Assembly (NCBI RefSeq): GCF_009914755.1 | Contig: NC_060932.1 | Length of the DNA stretch: 64,000 nucleotides | Reading direction: 5' to 3' (one strand) | Origin: the human T2T-CHM13v2.0 reference genome, Homo sapiens | Part shown: in pieces, positions 55,196 through 64,000 of the stretch | Position numbering within the stretch: the first letter of the stretch is position 1 | How the letters are laid out: each line of letters begins with the position of its first letter | Translations under genes and position numbers: made by a program | Notes under the pieces: model-generated | What the model saw: the letters and a program-made list of their open reading frames with translations, nothing else | The model's database searches: none | Told to the model about the DNA's origin: nothing

Positions 55196-55815
55196 GTTAT
55201 TTTATTTTGCCTTTTAAAATCACATTATTTCATGAAATGGGTTAAAAACAAAACAAATAACTTCGTTATCAATTTTAAAGCCTTACTTCTATGGCTATGA
55301 AGTACAAACAATTTTGGTTGATAAAAGAACAACTTACTTTGTGAAATCGGCATCTGGCAATAAGCAGAGTTCACAAAGGATCAGAGTTCTGGGCTATTGC
55401 AATGAAGGGAGTTTGATTTATTCAAATCCTGCTATAATTGTTTTAAAAACTAAATGAAAATGGAATCATCTATTATCATATGGAAGGATTAAGTTCTAAA
55501 TTGGATTTCTGCATTTAAGATGAAAAAGGTAAGCTAACCTCCAAAATGGCTTAAAATTGAACTTTATCTGTTGGTATGGAACAATAGCTTTGAGAGATTT
55601 AGAGGAAGAATGAGCTCTATGATAAATCTTTTAAAAAGTAGCATAGTAATACAAATGATGGTTTTATAAGTAAATTAGGCCAATATTTTATTTTGCCCTT
55701 TGACCTAATATTACTATGAACTATGATACTTTATATAATCCCTCATTAAAACTCCCTTTTGCCACATATTAATTCCTTATAGGTTAGATACAGAATCCTG
55801 GGATAAATGCTAAAA

Positions 55816-55816
<1 letters not shown>

Positions 55817-55859
<43 letters not shown>

Positions 55860-55875
55860 CACACACACACACACA
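55817..55875. repeat. (CA)n microsatellite
   Basis: direct reading. Confidence 0.95.
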
Positions 55876-56184
55876 AACACCATAATATGAATAGCTTACT
55901 TTCCTAATTTAGAAAGATAATCATAAATATACTTTTGCATGTGTATTTCCTTCTAATTAGAAAAATAGGAAGCATATTTATTCCTCTCAGGGTAATATCC
56001 TTGAAGGTTTTGTTTGCCCTATGGGAGCAGAGGCCTTTATAGATTTTCTGGTTTTGGCAGTCATTTAACAATGCTCTGCACCAAATTGAAAGAAGTTTAG
56101 GAAAAATCCAGAGGGACAGAGTTTTTCATTGTTTCTATCTTTAAAATATGAAAAAGATTAGAGATTCTTCACTGAAGGTAATTT

Positions 56185-56320
56185 CCTAGCCCTGATTCTA
56201 GATACATTTGACATTGAGACATTTTTGGTTGTCACAAGTGTAAGGGAATGCTACTGGAATCTTGTAGATAAAGACCAAACATGTTGCTAAACACCCTACA
56301 ATGCACAGGACAGAACTGCA
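56185..56320. mobile_element. MER20 hAT-Charlie relic
   Basis: gagacatttttggttgtcacaa...tgctactgg...tgctaaacaccctacaatgcacaggacag. Confidence 0.85.
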
Positions 56321-57149
56321 CCCATGAACTTGCAAATTGTTTGCTTCTTGGGCTTATAGTCAGTTCACATGGAGACCTGTTTGAGGAAATGGAGTGAAAT
56401 TCCTTTGGAACCAAACAACTGTAGTAGTATATTATACAGCAATCTATATATTTATACCTGAAAATCTTTGATACGATAATTCAGTGTAAATGAAGAAGTG
56501 TGATCTATGGCACAAGGATAGAACTGCACACATGAACTTGAAAATTGTTTGCTTCTTTGGTTTATACTGGTTTATATTAGGTTCTGACTTCTGATGCAGG
56601 GATTTAAAATAAGCAGAATACTGTTGCATTGGAGTCAATACCTCTACACTTCAGAACATATACATAAAGTAAATACTTTTTACTTTGGTAAGAAAATAAA
56701 AATACCAGCTTCTCCTAAATTATGTTTGCAATAGCAAAGTAAATGCTAAGTTTCAAATTTATATTTCTGTCTATTTCATGATTAGGGAGGAACTTATGTT
56801 ATTAAGACAATCAGTTCCCAAATTAAAATGTTTGAGACATATGTAATATATTCTCAAAATACCTGTGTATAAGAACTGCCTGGGATGCTTTGGAAAAAGA
56901 CATGTGTCCAACAATTAACTCAAAATTCTTTGACTTATTAAGTATAGTTAGGGCAAATAAATAAGCATTTTGTCAAGAATCCCATTTGATTTTGATGTAG
57001 TCAGTTCACTTGGAGATCTGTTTGAGGAAATGGAATAAAATTCCTTTGGAACCAAACAGCTCTAGTGACATATTAAACAGCAGTCTATAAGTTTATATGT
57101 GAAAATCTTTGATAAAATAATTCAAAGTAAATAAAATATGATCTACGGC
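56303..57149 (+). repeat. complex local duplication X-Y-X'...Y'
   Basis: X 56303-56358 matches X' 56510-56566; Y 56357-56511 matches Y' 56998-57149. Confidence 0.92.
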
Positions 57150-58182
57150 TTGAAAAGTACAAAGAAAACATGGCAAAATAAATCATGTTGCTACAGACAA
57201 ATCCTAATGCAAATACTGTCACCTCAAGCATTTCAAAACTTAGCCTCATATTTGACATATACTGATGCCCCAAATGAACAAATAAAAGAATTTTAAATAG
57301 ATTCAATTAAGTGTATATGTGAGTTTATATTTCTTTCCATCTAGACAGAAGGCAATCAACTAGAGATAAGGAATATAGATATCTTGCAAACGTGATGGAA
57401 TGGTCCATTCACAGGAAAAAAAATGAGAAATGCGAATACATGTTGTCATAAAGCTATAGTTTCAATTATTGCCAATTTTTCTAGTCAAGTTCAAATTGTT
57501 TGATAAAGTCTTGGTTTGAAATATTCAATATTATTCATAGAGGCTCAGAAGACAGCATACTACTCACCAATACAGTGAGAGACAAAATGAGTGAATATCC
57601 ATGGAACAAGGGCCTGTTTGGGTAACTGTCAAAAAAATTGAAAGAGAAAAGTCAAAGCAAGAGCAAAAAAATCAGGACCCTGAAAAATATGCCAGAATAT
57701 TCTTTCTATTCTACACACCTTTTGGCCCAGCTCCATATTCACTTCTATATAATACATCCAAAATCTAAGTCATTATGAGAGAGATTAATATTAGCAAGTA
57801 TAATTTTGCTTTGTAAATAATCAACTATACAGAATGCAAAGATTTAAAGAAAATGTGAATTTAGAAAAGAAAAAGAAAAAAAATCCAATACAGAAAAGGG
57901 ACTTACAGAAACTGGCACCATCATCAATAAAGGAATATTTATCTCATTCTGTGAACTGCAAGTATACTCTTAATTAGCTACAAATACTACTGATTCCTTT
58001 CTATGGAAAGACTGAGGCGGTAGGCTTTATTCCACTTACAAGGTTATAATGAAATCTAAAGAAATACATGAATTTGACAATCAAAACCCTCACATGTAAA
58101 TACATACATAGTCACATACTCAAATACTTGCCACTGAAATGGACAGTGTATGTCAGTGTTTAACTTCCTCTGCACATATGAC

Positions 58183-58709
58183 TGTAGCGGATTATAAATG
58201 GCTGCACAGCCATTGACACTCCTCCCATTGTTAGATGAGTTCCCTTTCCTCTTCTCTTGGGTCTGGATAAACTCAGTGACTGCTCGACGAATAGACTATG
58301 ATGGTAGCAATGTTATGATAGTTTCTAGATATGGGCTTCACGAAATGTGCAACTTCAGCTTCCAGTCTCTTGGAAGGCTCTCTCAGGGAGCCCTGAACCA
58401 CAGTGTAACAAGTCCAGCTGTCCAGAGACTAATGCTGAAGAAGCCCCGCAGGGACCAGCCTTCTGGCCCCTTCCAAAAGTACCAGATATGTAAGTGAAGC
58501 CCTCTTGGACCCTCCAGATTTAGTCCATCCATCAGCTGAATACCACCAAAGAACATCAGTTGACATACTTGGAGCAGAAGAATCTCCCATGTGGAGCAAA
58601 AGAATACTTGCCCAAATTACCAACACAAAAAATTGTGAGATATAATAATTGTTTTAAGTTTTCATGTTTTGCAATAATTTGTTAAACAAAACTGGATAAC
58701 TGGAATACA
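58183..58709 (+). mobile_element. MLT1H/G-like solo LTR
   Basis: tgtagcggattataaatggctgcac...tgacactcctcccattg...cagctgaataccacc...gataactggaataca. Confidence 0.8.
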
Positions 58710-58719
58710 GGCATCGTCT

Positions 58720-58965
58720 CACTATCTGTTCCTAAATAGCAATCACCTTCGCAATTACTCTGCCTCCGCTCAGTGTGATTCATTTTCTGTATAGCATTTA
58801 TCCATATATGATGCTTCAGTTTTTTTTGTTATTCATTATCTCTTTTCCTCTACAGAATATAAACTTAATAAAAGCTGAGACTCCATTGGATGTCTTCACT
58901 TCTGTATATCAGCCTCTATAACAATGCTGAGCACATCAGAGGCACTTAAAATATTTATCACATTG
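58720..58965 (+). mobile_element. L2 3' end
   Basis: atagcatttatc...ctacagaatataaact...ttcacttctgtatatcagcctctataacaatgctgagcacatcagaggcactta. Confidence 0.7.
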
Positions 58966-59892
58966 TTAAAACAAGTAAAATATAGCATATTTTAGCAAAT
59001 ACCTTCAGAAACTATGTCTGCATTCAAGTAAATATTCTCATAAATGAACTAAAGGAGAATCTCTTAAAATGTCTACATCAAAGCATCAAGATCAACTGAA
59101 AATAAATTGGATATTGCATATATTGGTAATTTCCTATGATTAGACTACAACTTAGAAATAAGATAAATGGGATGTGAGTCAAAATTTTAGTGTTTTGAAA
59201 GTCAGTTCTAATCATGACAAAAATGTTTAAATATGGACCCCAATATTACATAAGGTTGTTTTTTATTTTGAAATACCCTTGTGTACATAGATGAAATAAC
59301 ACTTTTTTGTTTATTTTTCCTGTGTTTGCTCATTCAGAAATACAATTTTATTTATTATTTATTATTTTGCTAGTGAATACTTCAAAGAAATTAGAGATTT
59401 AATAAAATGACTAATAAGGAAGAGGAAACATGAAATATGATTCATACCTCCTCTGGAACATCAGTCTAAATTTTTTTCAACACAAAACTACTATGACTAA
59501 CTACTTAAAAGTCTCAAACTCATTCAGTAGTCTTATAGAGTAGCTATGAACTAAGCTTTAACCTCATAAAATCAGTTTTGTTATTAAATCGATCTTGTAC
59601 AATACACAGCAAACATGTTTACTTGCTCAAAAAAGTTATCTAAATACTCAAGGGCAACAGTGTTCAATTATTCATTTCAAGAAAACCCTTCAGAGTTACT
59701 ATAGTAAAATAAAACAAAAATAAGACTATAAGTAAAATAGCATAAATAAAATACAACATAAATATTTGATTATATGTATTAGAATCAAAATTTAAGTGAA
59801 ATGTATTTTAAGTCCAGTCTCTTTCTAAGAGTTATTCAATATAAGACATACATGATTGTACTAAAATTGGGGGGCTATAAATTCAGAAAATA

Positions 59893-60310
59893 CTTTTTTA
59901 ACTTTTATTTTATGTTTAGGGGTACATGTGAAGGTTTTTTACATAGGTAAACAGATGTCACGGGGGTTCATTGTACATATTATTTCATCACCCAAATATT
60001 CAGCCCAGCACCCCATAGTTATCTTTTCTGTTCCTCTGCGTCCTCCCACCCTCCCTCCTCAGGCAGACCCCAGTTTCTGTTGTTTCCTTTTAAGCTCTTA
60101 TCATTTAGCTCCCACTTATTAGTGAGAACCTGTGGTATTTGGTTTTCTGTTTCTGTGTTAGTTTGCTAAAGATAATACTCTTCAGCTCCATTCATGTTCC
60201 TGCAAAAGACATGATACCATTCTTTTTATGGCTGCGTAGTATTCTATGGTGTATATGTAACACATTTTTCTTTATCCAATCTGTCATTTATGGGCATTTA
60301 AGTTGATCCA
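59893..60310 (-). mobile_element. L1PA13-15-like 3' end
   Basis: aacttttattttatgtttaggggtacatgtgaagg...tttcatcaccca...tagctcccactta...tgcaaaagacatgat. Confidence 0.9.
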
Positions 60311-60324
60311 AGAAAGTCATAATT

Positions 60325-60515
60325 TTGAATTCAGGTTTTACCATGTTAAAATTTGTAATCTTGGAAATACAAAATTTCTCTGGTCTCTGGATTCCTCATT
60401 TGTAAAATTTGAGTGACAATAGTGTGTACCATTGTATAGTTGTGAAGGTTACATGAGATAATATAGTTAAAACTCCTGGACCATGGGATGTGATTTTAAA
60501 AGTTATTATTATTAT
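60325..60515 (+). mobile_element. MIR SINE
   Basis: ttcctcatttgtaaaa...gttgtgaaggttacatgagataata. Confidence 0.7.
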
Positions 60516-61154
60516 TAAAAATAAAAATAATTGTATGAAACTATGCTATATTTAGGCTTGTGATATCTAATCATTTAGAACTGCTTAGTAATAAAAAGGA
60601 AGAGCAAAACAAATTTCTTCTTGGCTTTCAGATGTGCTAATGAAGCTGTTAACCAGTTATTGTTAGAATATACTCAGAATAGAAAAAAACGATTTTCAAG
60701 TTTATGTCTGCACAATTATAAATTTATTATTAGTGAATTTTTTTGCTCAACACAATAATATTATCATTTGTTTTATTATACAACATTTTAATCTAGGAAA
60801 TCACTAAGAGGTCATATGTACATACATATTATGTTTTGTGTTTCTTTAAAAATATTTATTCATTGTTTTTTGATCATTGAATTTAATAGACTATTTCATA
60901 ACATTTTAAAAAAGAAACTTAAAAATTTACTTCTTCAAGTACTCGCCACATTTCCGGTGTTTTTCATGAATCTTTTGTTGGTTGGGGTCTAATTGCTGCC
61001 ACTGCTAGTCAGTGATTCCACATGGGTTTTACTAGTCAGATCTTGAGGACAGGCTTAAGAATTTTTTTTTACTGTTTGTAGTTAAAGAGAAATTTATTTC
61101 TGTTTTTCTGGTTAAACAATAGTATCCTATCCTGAGGAAAAATTCTAATGAGTA

Positions 61155-61310
61155 ATTTTTTAAAAAAATTATTAGCTTCATTGAGATGTAACTTACATAC
61201 AACAAAATGAATACAATGAATTTTACACTTTGAAATGCTTAATTTGATGAATTTTGTCAAATGTGTGTAGTCATGTAACCACCACCAAAGTCATGATATA
61301 GAACATTTCG
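61155..61310 (-). mobile_element. L1MB/MC-type 3' terminus
   Basis: agcttcattgagatgtaacttacatacaacaaaatg...catgtaaccaccaccaaagtcatgatatagaacatttc. Confidence 0.75.
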
Positions 61311-61821
61311 ATTTTAATTACTAGCATGATTTTTATATGTAACATCTCACTGAACCTGCATCTTTAAAAATCTCCACAAATATTCTAATTTTTCCTTATT
61401 GAGATATCATTGCTGGCATATGCATTAAGGAAAAAGATGATAATATTTCTGTTAAATATATATTTATAAATCTATATTAATCTATCAAATTCCAAATTTA
61501 TGTTGAAATTACAAGACAGTATAGGCGCTTATTTCTGAACAAGGTTAGTAGGCTTTAGTTATTTTAGGAGTTTGTGAGAAAAATAATAACTGATTCCAGA
61601 AATTAGCTAATACTAATTTCTACAATAATGGTCATAATGAACACAGCAACAATGATTATATCTGACATGCTAAGTGCTATACATTATATATTGGCTGCAT
61701 TATTGCACACACTTTATAAGTAAGAAAACATGTCAGATAAATAACCTAAGTTTACGCAACTTTCAAGTTTCTGTTAAAAGTTGAGAGACTTCCCTTAAAT
61801 AAATAGATTGAAAGTAAGACA

Positions 61822-62188
<367 letters not shown>

Positions 62189-62339
62189 TTATAATCACTA
62201 TCCATCATCCATTTTCAGTCTTATTTCTCTCTTTAATTAACTAGTAGTTCAAGTCTACATCTACTCAGCCCTTTAGCCCAAAATAGATGATGGAGGAAAA
62301 AAAAAAGACACTCACACAACCGTGCTGACCATTGATAAT

Positions 62340-63975
62340 TTAAGTTTATGACTACAAATTAGAAGTGAGCCTCAACATCGTATCCCTACTCCTTAATTTA
62401 AATGTCCTCTCTCAGACTAAATCACATTATCTCTTCTTTCTTAAAAACTTCAATACTCCCTTCCTGCTCACATAGTATTGTCTCTATTGCCAAACATGTC
62501 AAACCATCTTCACTTGTCCCCATCTACTATGCCTTCCTCCTGTGTCACCCTGCTCGTACTACTAAGGACAACAATTTCCCTTTGCTCTAGGTCCCATGCC
62601 ATCTTGTTAAACAAAGTGAGTGAGTACTATGCTTTATCCTTCCAATAATAACATCACCAACGTTTTCTTTTCTACTAGATTTTTCACATTATTCCATAAG
62701 CATAATCCCCTACATTTAAAAAGAAAAGTTCTTTTGGCACCTCATTTCCCTATATAATCCAACTTTATTCATTTTTATAGCAAAGTTCTACAAAATTTTG
62801 CTCATAGTCTTTGATGTTCATTGCACATAAGCAACATTTTTTGGTGCTTTTTAGTCTATTTCAACCATTTTTAAACTAATTGTCAAGGTCACAAGAACCT
62901 CCAGCTTTATAAATGTAATAGTCAATTATTAGACCTCTCGCTCTGAATCATTGACACAAATTATCTTCTACTTTTATTTAAAACGTTTCTTCACTTGGAT
63001 TTAGACACACTATACAGCTTTCCTTTTGCTTCACTTAAATTTTCCTCTCATTTTTCTTTTAGATTCCAATTCCTAAAGTTAGATATTAAAATGCCTCAGA
63101 TCACAGTCCTCTTCATTTTTCTTTGCTTTGCTGTCCACAACCCTATTTGTCTAAAGAGACTATAAAATGCTATGGCTTTAAATACTCTTTATGAAGAAAT
63201 GACTCTTAGATTTACATCTAAGCACTGACATCTCCATTGAGGTCAAAATCTGTTCATCAAGAGCCACCTTCATGTCTCCAGTAGGATGTCCAAAAGAACT
63301 TGCAGATTTCATACATTACAAAGAGAAAACCATTTTCAGTCTTTATCAGATTGTAATTAGTTCACCATTCATCCAAATGGTCAGGGAAAAAACAACAAAA
63401 AAGTTACGACTTTCCTGTCAGTCTTTACTTCCCATGAACTGCTCATCCAATCTCAACAACTTGTTGCCCACAATGTAGCAACCTCTCACGCTCTTACCCT
63501 CTACCCAACTCTAATGCCAGCAACCATAGTCTTTAGTCTGGACTACTATATTAACCTACTAACTAATCTCCTAACTGGTAATATTGACTCTTCTCTTGCC
63601 TCCCTCCAAATCATACATATTATATTATATTCAAGTTGTTGGCTCTAAGACCCTTGATAATCTGGCATTAATCTAGTCTTCTTCTATCACATATCCTTTC
63701 TCTCCATACCCCCACAAGTTCTACCCTGGCCCACCTGGTGTTTCTCATACTTCTCAAATACTCCAAGAGTTTTCTAGACTCAGAGTTTGCATGTAGTATT
63801 CCCTCTGCCCTGCAGTACATTGTTTCATATCTCACATGACTTACACCTTCACATTATTCAATCTCTGTTCAAATCTTACCTCCTCAGGGTGGTTTTCCGT
63901 GACCATCCTATCCCTATTTTTCTAAAGTCCCTCTGCTCTGTTTTATCTTTCCATTGGTGTATCACTTATTACATC
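62340..63975 (+). mobile_element. long L2 LINE fragment
   Basis: pyrimidine-rich with L2 motifs gtcaaggtcac, tgacacaa, ctatggctttaaatac, tctggactactat, ttcaaatcttacctcctcagggtggttttccgtgacca. Confidence 0.75.
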
Positions 63976-64000
63976 AAGTACTTGCTATTGCTAGCCTACT

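Overview
AT-rich, CpG-depleted primate (human-like) non-coding DNA, either intergenic or deep intronic. I find no credible protein-coding gene, structural RNA gene, CpG island or CRISPR array. The listed ORFs are incidental frames in Alu, L1, LTR and microsatellite sequence; the one exception traces to a dead Hsmar1 transposase. The window is mostly interspersed repeats: nine Alus, L1s of several ages (old L1M, L1MA, L1PA16-like, and a young L1PA2/L1HS-like 3' end with a perfect 15-bp TSD), a complete two-LTR THE1, a full-length Hsmar1 mariner, several solo LTRs, MIR, L2 and MER DNA-transposon relics, and many microsatellites. The structure least explained by repeats is a set of short, locally templated duplications of non-repeat sequence. 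One is a chimeric copy at 32.3 kb joined from two donors 3 kb apart through their (CA)n tracts, beside a perfect 20-bp palindrome. Another is an X-Y-X...Y arrangement at 56.3-57.1 kb, and a third is a ~125-bp direct duplication at 11.0/12.8 kb. They look like fossils of replication or repair template switching rather than a new functional system. Subfamily calls come from remembered consensus sequences, and identities are hand counts.
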